A stretch of DNA of 64,000 bases from Octopus sinensis (Eukaryota), in NCBI RefSeq assembly GCF_006345805.1, contig NW_021833279.1, positions 13,142 to 77,141 of the forward strand. Reading direction: 5' to 3'. Below are positions 27,390 through 42,700 of the stretch, piece by piece. Under the pieces are notes generated by a model. That model ran no database searches, was not told where the DNA came from, and saw only the letters and a list, made by a program, of their open reading frames with translations. The translations under genes were made by a program, and so were the position numbers. Each line of letters opens with the position of its first letter. Position 1 is the first letter of the stretch.

Positions 27390-30300
27390 CTCTAATATAT
27401 TATGCCGTTTATTGAGTGTATATGAGTATATATGCAAAACTACGTCGAGAATTATTCCAAGCCCTCTTCATCTGAGAATCAAATGCCCGAGCTGCCGCTT
27501 GACTGCGTTTATATCTACAATTCAGCATTCTGTCCACTCTTGTGCTTCCAATCATTCGTGAATAGAGACCAGAAATAATGATGTTCCACTTTCCTACACA
27601 GTGCGTATTCGTCAATCCTGCCTTGGGGTACTCGGCAGCCAACCAATTCATTGCTCGATGTTGGTGACCATCAGACGAATCAGGTAGCAGCATGTCGTCT
27701 ACAAATAACAGTCGACCGATCACGTAGAGATGAATTGGGATACCTCTACCACAATGGCTGCGCATATTCAACCAGATCACAGAAAAAGACTGTGAGAAGG
27801 GGCACTAACAATGCACACTTCAACTAAGTGAAACCTTCACGTTAAAAACTTTCGACTTTTACATAAATACAATCATTTGAACATCCATATACGAGGGGCG
27901 TTCAATAAGTAATGCCCCTGACCCAATTGCAGTTGTTTGCATGTGAAATTTTGCATGTGCAATTATTTATATCTCTAAAGAATAAGTGGGAAATTACAGC
28001 TCTGAACTAATTATGGTTTCTGATTTACAGGTGTTTGAACTGTGTCAGGTGTGAAATGGAGGCTGTTGAGTGTCGAGCAGTGATCTGGTTTTTGTATTTG
28101 AAAGGACGCACACCACGGGAAACTTTTGATGAAATGAAAGTAACTTATGGTGATGATGCCCCATCATATGACCTTGTAAAACGCTGGCATCGTGAATTGA
28201 AACTTGGTCGGAACTCTGTGGAAACAGCTCCCAGATCTGATCGCCCCCTTCTGCCATTGATGAGGCATCTGTCCGTCAAGTTGAGGCTGCCATTTTGGAA
28301 GATCGACGCATAACTATTCGCCAAATAGCCCATGAAGTCAAGATTAGTACCGGGTCTGTGGAAACTATCATTCATGACCATTTACATATGCAAAAGGTGT
28401 CTGCCAGATGAATTCCCAGGTTGCTCACACCTTTCCAGAAGCAAGAACGCGTTGAATGCTCGAGGATAAATTTGGAGATGTGCCAAGAAGATGAGTCAAA
28501 ATATTTCAAAAGACTGATTACGCAGGATGAAAACTGGGTCCATCACTCTGATCCAGAGACCAAAGCCCAGTCAATGCAGTGGAAGCGCCGTGACTCACCT
28601 CCTCCAAAGAAGGCAAGGGTGCAGCCCTCCGCTGGCAAGGTCACGCTCACAGTCTTCTGGGACCAGGACGGGGTAGTGATGACAGATTTTCTGGCAAAGT
28701 GTACCACAATTACAGGAGCCTATTATGCTTCACTTTTGAGGAAATTAAGAGAAGCTATCAAAATCAAGAAGCGGGGCAAGATCAGCAAATGCATCCTCCT
28801 CTTGCAGGACAACGCTCCGGTCCACAACTCGCGTGTCGCCTGATCAAAAGCACACTCGTGCGGCTATGAACTTCTCCCCCATCCCCCTACTCTCCTGATC
28901 TTGCACCCTCTGAATTTCCCCTCTTCCCACCCATGAAGTGGTTTTTGAAAGGAAAGCGTTTACCAGATGATGCAGCCTTGATTTCTGAAGTCTCGTCGTG
29001 GTTGGAGGACCAAGCTGGGGTCTTCTACGAAAACGGGATCCAGAGCTGCATCAAACAATGGGGGAAATGCGTAACTCTGAGTGGTTCCTATGTAGAAAAA
29101 GACTAATACCTGTGCCGAGTTTTGTTGCTCTACTACTATGGGAAGTGGGTCAGGGGCATTACTTACTGAACGCCCCTCGTAAGTACTTTATGGCAACCAG
29201 TATTTACCCATTAAACTTTCCTTCCTGGTAAACCATCCACAACATGCCCCAGGGCACGTGATCGTGTGCCTTTTCGTGGTTTACAGCGTATAAACCTTGG
29301 AAATATTTCAATATTTGCTGGAAGATCTTTCTTTGAATGACTCTCTGGTCGGGTGTACCGCGTCCCGGACAGTAATCTTGGGCACAACAATTTCCCTACA
29401 TATCTTTTCCTGACATCTAGTGTAGACTTTTCTATAATAAGAATAAACTCTTTGGTCTCTGTTTGAAAAAATTGTGATTGTCACTCCATATTTCCATTGC
29501 CTTGGTGTTTTTTCCAGAGGTCCCATCCACCTAGCATACATGGGTCACTCAAAGAATACCATCTGTATTTAAGGTTTCTAAAATATCAAGCCGACCGTGC
29601 TTTTCACCAGCAGCTTTATCACTTTTAAGTGAATTTAGCTCAAATAAGCGTTCAACCGAAGAAGAACCTGCTGAAAAAAATAATACAATCACGAATCCAT
29701 TTCGATGTCCAACTTCATTCAGGATGGTCACTCACAATTTGGATGCAAAAGTCTCCACAATTTTGATTCTGATTCCAGCATCCACTGCGGCTTCCAACTG
29801 TATTCTGTAGGTCGCACTGGACTTACCAATTTCCAGTGTTCGACAGACTATAGCAATTTTCAGGTTTTTAGACATTTAGGTAGTGACGAGTTGACAACTC
29901 CACCCCTCCTTTTACCCGAACGTTCAGCAAAGAGCGAAAGATGACCGAACTCTATCAAAAACCTCTGTCACCAAGTATTTCTATACCAGGCACCCTTATA
30001 AATATCCCTGTCTTAAAATAATATCTATACCATAGAGAGGAGAGTGTGTATCCGGCACAGAAGCCTGCTATGACCTCTCCATTAAGTTCACTGACGACAT
30101 TCCTTCCAATCAATCCTTCTCACAGTTATCAGCGCCAAGGTGTGCACTGAAGTCTCCTTGCAGGACAAATGACTTTACCCCAAATATATCTAAAGCTGAG
30201 GTGAATTTGCTTAGGAAGGATTTGTATTTGACCCCGCTGTTTGCTGCATATACTTACAGCAGCCACAGTGGTCCTTCATATTCAGCCTTAGCTTCAAGAG

Positions 30301-30520
30301 GTGAACCCTCACACCTAGTAGGTTTCACTCCATAATACAATCCGAAAGCTGGGGATTGAGAGTGTCCTAATCCCACCTGTGCAGACGTTTTGGCACCATA
30401 GTACCGTAGTGGGGTTTCAAGCCTATATCCAAGTGTACGCTATCGGAGAAACGAAATTTTGTAGAGGAGACACCGATTATATCTTACAGCAGATTATATC
30501 TAACAATTTTGACGTTTTAA
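27390..30520 (-). mobile_element. Decayed RTE-clade LINE, unit C (split by mariner)
   Basis: LLFVDDMLL in ORF 27409-27780 and KSDKAAG in ORF 29549-29731. Confidence 0.8.
27892..29179 (+). mobile_element. Second copy of the same mariner family, inserted in the RTE remnant of unit C
   Basis: TIR CGAGGGGCGTTCAATAAGTAA and TA duplication; empty site CCATATAAGTAC in other units. Transposase motifs MEAVECRAVIWFL, ITQDENWVHH, LLQDNAPVH and a YSPDLAPS-like segment; frameshifts and a TGA at 28841-43. Confidence 0.93.
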
Positions 30521-32679
30521 TTCTCAATTATTAAAGGTTGTTCCCCTCTTTATCTGCTTTGATTTCCTGAGACCGTCAATGTTGTGCTCCTACCCCACGC
30601 ACCCCAAATTAAGTTGCAGGCTTCTTGCTGTTTGCACCGGTTTTGGGTGGGGTATGCTATACATTCATCGAACGGACTCCTCTACTCGAAATCGGATGCG
30701 ATGTCTTTTAACTAAATCGATAAATGATGGGGTATGGTTGTTTTTTCATATTGTAGTTATGATGGCCACATTTGCGCCGAGCTCCAAACTGATATTTTGT
30801 AATTGACCGATGAATATTCGCACCTGGCGAATATTTTATCATTCTATGAGTTTATCATTATTCTTGAGAAGTATATATACCATACCTAAGTTTACGTATC
30901 ATACATACATCCGTTCATAGAGGAGACCGATACACATTCCTGATATTCTGAGATTAATCTCTCAAATCTTTGACATCAACGTCAACAACAGGCTCAACAG
31001 ACAAATGTCTTTTTTCTTTCTTTACAATTTATTCTTATTATTTACATCTTTCGTTCTGACTTTCATTCATTCACTCGTTCTTTCTTAAATTCTATATTTC
31101 TCTCTCCTCCATCAATTCCTTCCCATCCAACAACCTACTTTGTATATGATCCCCCTATTCTTTCTTTTAAACTACATTATTTCATTTTAATATCACAGAA
31201 CCCGGTCTCGGATCATTGTATACCCGGTGGGGCAGAACAACTTGTCCTCCTTATTCAAATCTTGTATATGACGGTTAGTATACTTTATATTTCTGACCTC
31301 TCATTCTCTTTTTGTCATTCTCTTGCTCTCTTTTTATACCTCTCATTTTCTCTTTTTTTTAACTCTCTTTCTCTCTCACGCACACGCACACACACTCACC
31401 CTTTGTCGGGTTGTCTGACATAAACATTCTCAAATCCTTTTATGATATGTCACGTTTCAAACGTATATACCTGTAGACTATACAGACACTACACAAGACT
31501 GCTTACTCCTTTGTGGGTATTTGGTCAAATCAGAATATTATATGTTGTCTACTACGGACCAAGTGAAAAGGATGCTAACTGGTGATCAATTGTACAGGCT
31601 ACGGATGGTGGTATTGTACGTGAGTGACTAGAGCTGAATAGTGGCCACTTGTCTATCATTAACTAGAGTGCCCAATGATCGTAGGTGTGGGCTAAATTGA
31701 ATAGAGTCTATTAGAATTGATGACAGTGACTGTAAATGGTTAATGTAATGAACGCACAATGTAGAATGAGGACTGGACAAGCCACACACTGTATCTGATG
31801 GAAAAAGCTGAGGACTTTATTCATTAAGAAAAATATAGAGAGACTAAATATTAGTGAGAGAACACAACAGAGTACAGAATGCACTTCTATTCTTCTCCGC
31901 CTCACTGAAATCGTCCTATCGCTAAAACCTTGCTCTTTTCACGCACAACATCACCTCATTAATTATCCAGGATATCTTTGTAAGGTAATTCCGAAACTTC
32001 CAATTCAAAGCTGATGCTTCCAACGGCTTCCCCAATCAAGCTCACAATCCCCAAAAATGCTCTGAATCTGCTCTCTATAAACCCTACACGTATCCTTTAT
32101 CGGTCGCCCACTCCGCCGTCCATTCATCTTAAGCACTACGCCATCATTGAACCTCACAATTTTTCCTCCCACCTCGTTTCTGTGTATTGCATGAAAAAAA
32201 GTCTGTGTGATCATAACGTCTATGTAAGCCTGATTCGTCCAAGTCTACACGAGAGGTTTAGCCACTGACTCTCGTATGATCGACTAAACAACATTTCATC
32301 GACGGTTACCCACCACTTCTCTGCATCTCGTCGTCTCCCGTATTGTCCTACTCAAACCTCCTACATTTTCCACCACCCAAAATATCCCCGTTCACACGTG
32401 AACATCTTTTCCATTTCGGATAAACACGAGTGCATGCGTTATGAAATATCTTTCTATTTCTACTCTATTGACATCCACCGAAAAACACCTACCCCATGCA
32501 AACATACATAATAATCCACGTCGTAACCACAAAAACTTACCCGTATACACAAAATATATATATATATTAAATGGAGTTGCATGAACAATCGTGCCGCATT
32601 ATCTCTGGATATCCTCGTTGCTTACTACGATATATATACATACATATACATACATATATATATATATTTATATATATAT

Positions 32680-32778
<99 letters not shown>

Positions 32779-35700
32779 GAGAAGGTATATGTACAGTTAC
32801 GATTCAGCAACACACAGTTTACACTCATATAAACACTAACATATATACACCACCAATTCGTTCACACGTGACTAAGCATGACTTCTTTTAAGTGAAAATT
32901 TGTAATGAATGTTTCCGTTATTCGTATATAATTTTGCTTAATATCTTTTTTAATTGATTTATTCTTACTAATTCAAGTGGTGTGGTGGGGACAATGGTAC
33001 GAACACACAGGTGGCGGAAGTAATCTCTTATGTCTACCCAACGATCCCATTTGGGCCAATTATACGACAAAAGTTGAAGAAGGTGGTCACATTTATGGCA
33101 GTGAATATGAAATAACTTTTTCCAACAAATAAACTCTTTTCTTTTGCTAACGCTGAATCATTCATGAGCACAAACGTTCCGTGTGCTGTCTGTTTGACAA
33201 CGAAAACCTGCTGTTGTTATGATGTTACCCGCCAGGACAAAGTGTTACGCTGGTTGGACAGTGAGTATTCGGGATATTTGATGACCGCGAGTTCTGTACA
33301 TAAGGGCAGACTTGAATATGTGTGTTGGACTATGCTCCAGAAGCTGATCCAGCAGGTTACAGAAATGAAAATGGAGCTCTGCTGCATTTTGTTCAGGCTT
33401 TGTGGTCATTGCCATGTCCACCGTATGTCAATTGTCGAGAATTAACCTGTGTTGTGTGCAGTAAATATTGAATAGAAATTTACATTCGTTTCTATATGAA
33501 AATTTATGTCGGCGAATCATAAAATATAATATAATAAAGCAACATATACCTTTCTTGTAATTATGTTTCGCAGTATTTTATCTAAGTAATATATGTCGTT
33601 AAATAAATTGCTGCTACAAGTTTTCAGAAAATATTCAAAACGAAACAACAGAGACGTCATAGAATGTGACAAATAGCTTAACAGAACGATGTAATCCTCA
33701 GGGAATGATTCTAGAATACATTTTATGAGGTTCAGTTTATCAAATTTAAAAGTTGAAATAAAATGATTCGTTTAAATGTGTTGTATTCCGTCTTAAAATG
33801 AAAACAATCCCCAAATGAAACAGCTCCGTACAAATATATCACCCTTTCATGATCAATCTTCAAAAAACACGATAAAAGCTTATAACTAACATCACTAAAT
33901 CATAATGGTTTAATAAAAAAAATACTCCCATACGTATCATTGTAACTACAATCGATGCGATGAAACCTCTGCAATCCAATCGCGGATATTGTCTAATAAA
34001 GCATATTTGATCTTCACTGAAGAAATACCACAAACTGTTGACTAACTAACTACTTATCAGGTTACTAACACATTGAAGCTTTCACGAAACACTTTCGACA
34101 AGGGTACAAGTACACGTCCCACGATTAACTATTTTCAATCAACATTCACATATTCCCGCTTTTCTACAAAAATCACACACACACACAGCCTCGCCTCACA
34201 TTACACACGCAGCCTCTCATCGTTCCCTGAACACTTATGTGCCAAAATAAAATATGAAACCACCAAGAAATATGAGTAGACATCAGGAACAGCATCAACC
34301 GAATCTACAGCAACACCACAAAACATCAAGTTCAACAAATTATCTCCGTCTGTAACATAAAACTATCAAACACGCAGAAGAGGAACTTGCTTCGAGATAC
34401 ATGCATACAATAACTGTAACACACATAAACGACTTAGTAAGGAAAGGAACACCACTTATAAAATATACATTAGGTGGAATCAGTGCAACATGTTGAGTCT
34501 TTCACACTATACCCAGCATGATTGCTCCTTGTATATGGGAGTTTGTAGAATGGCTGCCAGATAAACGAAGGTATCCGTGGAAAGAGGGATCTGTGGGTGG
34601 CAGCACGTTTTTTGTCCGATTAATTGCGTGCCATAAGAATGCTCGATTGTGAAAAAGCTAGAGAAAAAGAATAATAATTAAGTAATATGAAAGCCCGAAA
34701 TGCAAATTGACAAATGAATATATGGAAACATTCAACATGGCGTTTCCAGTGAACAGTATTAGCGCTCAGTATTAGGTATAAGCAATTTTTGGGTTCGTTA
34801 AAATGTGCTAATGGCATATTTCAAACTCTAAAGGCAAATTCAGTGCAGAAAGCGGCAGGAACAGCATATCAGTCCAGTGCTGCTCCCTATCGGGTTCCAA
34901 TTCAGCCGTTATCAAAAGAAAGTACCGAAGAGGAGAATATCTGGACAAACTTAAAGCCATAGCTTTAACTTAAACATAGTCAACAACAACGAGTAAGTGA
35001 CGCCATTAGAGCGCCAGGCTGGAGTCTGTCGTGAGTTACCTCCCTTCGGTATTTCTGTTTGATAAATACTTCGCTAGAGGAGTTGACTTCAACCTTGCGC
35101 CCCAACGGTAACTGCGGTCGCTCGTACGGGCCCGCATTTTCCCGCATATTTGTGTGTGTGTGTGTGAATGTGTGTGTGTCAGTATGTGTGTGGTATGTCA
35201 CTGTCTGTGTGTGTCAGTTTTGTGTGTGTGTGTTTCAGTGTGTGTGTGTGTGTGTGAGTATGTGTGTGTCAGTATGTGTGTGTGAGTGTGTGTGTGTGTC
35301 AGTGTGTGTATGTAAGTCAGTGTGTGTGTGTATGTGTGTTTGTGTGTGTCAGTGTGTGTGTGTGTGTGTGTGTGTATGTCTGTGTGTGTGTATATTAGTG
35401 TGTGTGTGTTTGTGGGTGTGTGTGTCAGTGTGTGTGTGTCTATATCAGTGTGTGTGTGTGAGTGTGTGTCAGTGTGTGTGTGTGTGTGTGTGTCAGTGTG
35501 TGTGTGTTTGTGCGTGTGTGTGTCAGTGTGTGCGTGTGTATGTATATCAGTGTGTGTGTGTCAGTGTGTGTCAGTGTGTGTGTCTCAGTGTAGGTGTGTG
35601 TGTTGGTGTGTGTGTGTCCGAGTGTGTCAGTGTGTCAGTGTGTGTGTGTGTGCGTGTGTGTGAGTGTGCATGTGTGTGTGTGTGTTGGTGTTTGTGTCAG

Positions 35701-36837
35701 TGGGTGTGTGTGTGTGTGTGTCAGTGTTTGTGTGTGTGTGTGGTGTGTTGTGTGTGTGTCTTTGTGTCTGTGTATTTGTCGGTTGAACGAAATACTTCCC
35801 ACACTGAATATTAAAACAGTTTCCCAAGAATAACAAATAAAATTAAATAACAACATTAGTAAATAAATATATCATAATATATCCAGAAACAGGAATCATT
35901 TCACTTTACACGTGTCTCTCATTCATCAAAATATTTTGCTAATTATTGTGTGACAATATCAAACCATTTCTTTCCAATAATTAAACCTGTCAGATAAATT
36001 CACACCCGCTTTTACAGTTCCACAATCGCATTGGTTCATAAATTTACGATAAGATCTATGCCAGAGCTGGGTTGTTGTGCGCTCAATAAATACGTGGAAT
36101 TCAGTTACAGGTCTTCAGCTAAACCTCGCATCTCGATCTTTTGTTGAAGCCACACGAAGTATCACGTACGACCGACAACTGTCACCAGAATGGATTTCGC
36201 ACATGTCCAGGAATATTTCGCAGCGTTATTCCATTTCTTCTCTCATAGCTTTTGGGGTTCTTCTCGTTCTGACGATCGTGATTCTTCATCAAGATTCAAG
36301 AATAGGAAAAATGGAAGAGAAATCGAAACGGTAAGTCATGGATTTGTGTGTTAATATAATTATGTCTTTATGTATTATATATGCATGTATGTATGTATGC
36401 ATTTACGTATGTATGTATTAATATGTGGATCTATGTACGTACCGATGGATGGATGGATGTAAGGATGTATGCCTGAACCAAGTATATATGTTCCTATGGA
36501 GCACACACACACACATAAGATCCATCACACACGTAATCACACACGAACACACAGGCTAACACACCTAAACGTACATATGTGTATATACATATATATAAAT
36601 ATACATATTTTTGTATGTATAATATACATATATATATATATATATATATAAATATACATACATATGAATATATTAGTGCGCGTACATATATAGATATATA
36701 TATATATATACAAACATATATATGCGTGTGTGTATCTATCTTTGTATCTCTCTGTCTATCTCTCACTCTCTCTCTCTATATATATATATTTATATATATA
36801 TATGTGTGTGTGTGTGTTTATGTATAAATATATCCAT

Positions 36838-37270
36838 TTCCTCGCTTCAGTCATTTGACTGCGGGCATGCTAGGGCACTGCGTTTAGTAGGACAAATCGA
36901 CTTCGGGAATTATTCTTTGTAAGCCTAGTGCTCATTCTATCGGTACCTCTAGCCGAACCGCTATGTAACGGGGACGTAAACACAACGGCATCTGTTGAGA
37001 AGCGATTGTGGTGCGACAATCACTGACACATACATAATACATAGATACATACATACACGCATGTGGTGTGTGTGTGTGTGTGTGTGTGCGTGTGTGTGAG
37101 TGTGTGTGTGTGTATAGCACCCTTCTTTCAGTCTCAATCTACCAAATCTACTGACATGGCTCTGGTCAGCTCGAGGTTATAGTGGTAGGCATTCGTCCAA
37201 TTTTCTACGCAGTGGGACTGAACTGAATACCTTGTGGTTAAGAAGCAAGTGCCTTACTACACAGACACTG
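36838..37270 (-). mobile_element. SINE family 1, near full length (unit D)
   Basis: Both tail and tRNA-like head present in reverse orientation. Confidence 0.7.
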
Positions 37271-37272
37271 TA

Positions 37273-37303
<31 letters not shown>

Positions 37304-37312
37304 GATACATAT

Positions 37313-37375
37313 ATCACCGCTCGGTCTGGGAATCGAAAGCGCGATCCTACGACCACTGGGCCATTGTACCTCCAC
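37313..37375 (-). mobile_element. Short internally deleted SINE family 2 head (second copy 49876-49938)
   Basis: Reverse complement GTGGAGGTACAATGGCCCAGTGGTCGTAGGATCGCGCTTTCGATTCCCAGAC. Confidence 0.55.
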
Positions 37376-37677
37376 ACACACACACACACACTCACATATA
37401 TATATATATATACATATCATATATTTATACACACATATATAGTTACGAATGTATATACATACATATCTATCTATCAATTTTTTTTTTTCCTCTCCCCCTT
37501 TTTTTTTTTTTTTTTAACCCCCCTTTTTTTTGTCCTCTTTCTCTCCTTTTACGATCCCTCTGATCGAAACTCCCCCTTCCTTTTTTTTTTTTTTTTTTTT
37601 TTAAACCTTCAAAAGAAAAGCTCTACCTTGTAATTTGTTCTATCTGTGTGCAGCCCTGTGTGGCTAATAAAGAAACA

Positions 37678-37835
<158 letters not shown>

Positions 37836-37855
37836 TATATATATTTATGTATATG

Positions 37856-37886
<31 letters not shown>

Positions 37887-38617
37887 ATTTACATATACAC
37901 ACATCCCAAGGAAACACAAAGAAGGGTGGAATTGTACTCCTGTCCGATCGCTCTTTCACCAGACATAATCCTGGAGAGGAAATAAGTGCGTAATGAAAAA
38001 AAATCTAATGGTGGGGTTCTAGCATGGCCATGCCCTGTCGCTGCAACGTTTAGCCCTATTAATTTAGCGTTAAGTATTATATCTAGATGTACACTTGCAC
38101 ACACGCACAGAAACTGACACATATAACACCACACACACGCTCACATCGGAATACGTACATATTTACACACATTTATCTATTTCTCTCCATCAAGAACGGA
38201 AGTGAGGCAGTTTTTTTTAATCTTTTCTTTCCAACTGAAAATATAACGTGCGAGTGCCAATGTAGATCGGTGAATTTCGTAATGTTTGACTGTCATTCTC
38301 GTTGGTTTTTATATATGACAATATGTAAGAACGAATGTAAATACATACACACAGACACACGGACAAACACACGCACAAATAAACACAAACACACACACAT
38401 ACGCACGCACACAGACACACGTGCTCAATTGTACACGAACAATCACACTATACAGTGTATGTCCACTCACATATATGTGTGCGTTTGTGTGTGTGTATGC
38501 GTATAAGTAGATACGTATATTTGTGATATTTATGGTGTGTATGCTTAAGTATACGTGCATACGTATATATCGATATGTATTTATATATGTGTGATGTGTG
38601 TGTGTGTGTGTGTGTGG

Positions 38618-38898
38618 GTGGAGGCGCAGTGGCCCAGTGGTTAGGGCAGCGGACTCATGGTTGTCGGATAGCGGTTTCGATTCCCAGACTGGGCGTTGTG
38701 AGTGTTTAATGCTCCACGAGGCTCAGGGAGTGGGTTTGTTGTGATCTCTGCTGTAATCTTTCGCTAACTTTCTCCCTTTCTTCTGTTGGCCTGCTCGCTT
38801 AACCGCGGGGGTGGCGTCATTTGAAGGCTAAAACAACGCGACGCGCATTGTGAGCAGCGATATGTAGCAACAACTGGTCTGTGACGGTGATCACGGAG
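38618..38898 (+). mobile_element. tRNA-head SINE family 2 (unit D)
   Basis: A-box TGGCCCAGTGG, B-box GGTTTCGATTCCC. Confidence 0.7.
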
Positions 38899-40134
38899 AC
38901 ATATGCATCATAAGCACACATATACACACACACTACATACACACGTACATACACACACACCAGCACAGATGTCCACATATACCTTTAACGAACAATACAT
39001 ACAGATACGCACACACTTATACACACATGGGCAACAGACACACACGCACATACGCGTACTTAAGCGCACACACGCACGCACATTTACTCCCACACAACTC
39101 CAGAAAAACCCAAAACACACACGCATGTACAAATTCACATACACACCGATACATATACATACACACAACATATGCCTACACGCACACACACATCCGTATA
39201 CACATATAGACACAGACAACACACACACGCACGCAAAAAAATGCGCACACATACGCACGTACACACGCACATTAATGCACACACCGAAACTCACAACCCC
39301 ACGGATACACGCATATACACCATATACGCTTACAACACACACATACAAACGTACACGTACATGCACACACGCACATACGAGACGCACGCACATACATACA
39401 CACACACACAAAATGAACCCACACATACGTCGCATACACACGGTACACAATAATACATACACGCGCACAATTATAAATACATGTACACACACAGACGCAC
39501 AGTTATTCGCCACACACCCTAACTCTACGCCTACACACACGAACACACACACATGCACACACACACACTACAAACAATACACACACACGATACATATACA
39601 TACACGCACACACAGACATACATCAAACTAGCAGTACCTACTACTTGACCTGGGGTAGAGACAAAAGGAGCCACGCCCAATTCCTTCTTCCTTGACCTTA
39701 ACACTACTAACCCTACAACACGCAAAGATTAACAGCCACAACCACACACACATACACACACATACGTGTCATTATTGCACACATACACACAGACACACAC
39801 ACGCACACACAGACCTCCGCACACGCTCTTATCCACACTTACACACATATACTTCTTCCTCCACCAATCTCCTGTCTTTGAAAGAACTTTTCTTCACCCA
39901 TTTCCTTCCGGTCATTCAAAATGTGTGCGCGTGTGTACCGTTGGCGATTTTTTTCCTCTGTCTTCCCTCCTCTGGATCTTTCCATCTCGTATGTTTCCGA
40001 CGAAGAGCTCCACCTGAAAAGTTAAACCCTCCTTTCTTTCTTTCCTGGCGTCCAATAATACTATGTTTGTTTCACGTCCACGCGTTGATGTGTTTCTTTG
40101 TGCTTTTTTGTTTGGATTAAATTTAACTATATAA

Positions 40135-40578
40135 ACTGGGGTTTCTGTGATTTAGAATGCACCGAAAAGCTGTCAGTGGATATACTCTCCTTTGCAGCAG
40201 TGTGCGCTGTGTCTAACACGACCCATCATCGGAAATTTTGACACCTCACGTCGGGTTTGTTGTCCTACTCACTCATAGAGTAAATTTGGAGGAACTGTGG
40301 TTGTTCATTCGAGAGTACCAGGGAACCAATAATGGGATAGACTTGCCCTTGAACTTTGGACGTCGGGGTAAATTCATGTTTATCTATCTTCTTAGATTCA
40401 CCAAACGATGTCATTTGAAATGCAGAGTTGTATTGTCTGATATTGTTCAGAAAAATCCTTTGACTTGATGGAAGCGCCTTCTAGAAGATTTCTAAGGGGG
40501 TTGAGATGGTAGTGTTGTCAATGATACCTGTCCGAATATGTTGTCATCTATTGCATTGTTTAAGTTCTAAACGATTAT
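40135..40578 (-). mobile_element. Helitron remnant, unit D (3' terminus deleted)
   Basis: Collinear with ~14845-15288. Confidence 0.7.
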
Positions 40579-40869
40579 AAATACCCTGAAGTTCTATTTA
40601 TATGATGCTATTTCTATTTTTTCACAGAACCGTTTCATCTCCAAGAAATCTCTCGACGATAAACCTGATGACACCAAGTAAGAACTAATTTTATGGCTAA
40701 AGTCTTTTAACCATGTCTCCTTAACTAATGGTTTACAATTTTACCAACTTCGAATTAGTTCCACATTACTATCCACATGTCCAAAATAGTATATACTAAG
40801 ACACTTGCCTGCATTTATTTCAAAATATGTTCTACTTTACAATAAATTCCTAAATAAAATGTTACTTTA

Positions 40870-42700
40870 ATACACTCTATGCCATTTATTGTGTGTATAT
40901 GAGTATATATGCAAAGATACGTCGAGAATTGTACCAATCCCACTTCATCTGAGAATCAAATGCCCGAGCTGGCGCTTCACTGCGTTTATATCTACAATTC
41001 AGCATTCTGTCCACTCTTGTGCTTCCAATCATTCGTGAATAGAGACCCGAAATAATGATGTTCCACTTTCCTACACAGTGCGTATTTGTCAATCCTGCCT
41101 TGGGGTACTCGGCAGCCAACTCATTCAGCGCATGTTGTTGGTTACCATCAGACGAATCATGTAGCAGCATGTCGTCTACAAATAACAGTCGACCGATCAC
41201 GTAGAGATGATTTGGGATACCTCTACCACAATGGCTGCGCATATTCAACCAGATCACAAAAAAGAATGTGAGAAGGTGCACTAACAAAGCACACTTTTAC
41301 TGAGTGAAACCTTCACGTTGAAAACTTTCGACTTTTACATAAATACAATCATTTGAACATCCATATAAGTGCTTTAGGGCAACCAGTATTTGCCCATTAA
41401 ACACACCTTCATGGTAAACATTCCACAACCTGCCCAAGGGCACGTGATTGCGTGACTTTCCGTGGTTTACAGCGTATAAAGCTTAGAAATGCTTCAACGT
41501 TTGCTGGAAGATCTGTCTTTGAACGACTCTCTGGTCGGGTGTACTGCGTCCCGGACAGTAATCTTGGGCACAACAATTTCCCTACATATCTCTTCCTGAC
41601 ATCTAGTGTAGACTTTTCTATAATTAGAACACAATCTTTGGTCTCTGTTTGAAAAAATTGTGATTGTCTCCCCATATTACCATTGCCTTGGTGTGTTTTC
41701 CAGAGGTCCCATCCACCTAGCATACATGGGTCACTCAGAGAATACCATCTGTATTTAAGGTTTCTAAAATATCAAGCCGAGCGTGCTTTTCACCAGCAGC
41801 TTTACCACTTTTAAGTGAGTTTAGCTCAAAAAAGCGTTCAACCGAATAAGAACCTGCCGAATAAAATAATACAATCACGAATCCATTTCGATGTCCAACT
41901 TCATTCAGGCGGGTCACTCTCAATTTGGATGCAAAAGTCTCCACAATTTTATATCTGATCCCAGCATCCACAGCGGCTTCCAACTGTATTCTGTAGGTTG
42001 CACTGGACTTACCAATTTCCAGTGTTCGGCAGACCGTAGGAATATTCAGGTTTTAGACATTTAGGTAGTGACGAGTTGACAACTCCGCCACTTCCTTTTA
42101 CCGAACGTTCAGCAAAGAGTGAAAGATGACCGAAATCTATCACAAACCTCTGTCACCAAGTATTTCTATATAAGGTACCCTATAAATATCCCTGTCTTCA
42201 AATAATATCTATACCAGAGAGAGGAGAGTGTGTATCCTGCACTGAAGGCTGCTATGACCTCTCCATTAAGTTCACTGACGACATTCCTTCCAATCAAACC
42301 TTCTCACGGTTATCAGTGCCAAGGTGTGCACTGAAGTCTCCTGGCAGGACAAATGACTTTACCCCAAATATATCTAATTCTGAGTGTGAATTTGCTAAGA
42401 AAGGATTCGTATTGAGCTCGCTGTTTGCTGCATATACTTACAGCAGCCAAAGTGGCCCTTATATTCAGACTTATTTTCAAGAGGTGAACCCTCACACCTA
42501 GTAAGTTTCATTCCATAAAACAATCCGAATGCTGGGAATTGAGTGTATCCTAATCCCACCTCTGCGACATTGTTGGCACCACAGTTGCGTAGTGGAGTTT
42601 CAAGCCTATATCCAAGAGCCGCTATCGAGAAACGAGAAACGAAATTTGCAGAGGAGACTCCGATCATATCTTACAGGCAGATTATATCTAACAATTTTGA
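40870..42700 (-). mobile_element. Decayed RTE-clade LINE, unit D
   Basis: LLFVDDMLL in ORF 40886-41287 and KSGKAAG in ORF 41735-41983. Confidence 0.8.

Larger units (their letters stand above)
27150..33471 (+). pseudogene. Copy C; exons 27150-27201, 31199-31273, ~32978-33471; promoter and exon 1 deleted
   Basis: Exons 2 and 3 are intact. Exon 4 has an altered acceptor region and several frameshifts. The unit jumps at ~25587 from the pre-promoter block straight into intron 1. Confidence 0.85.
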
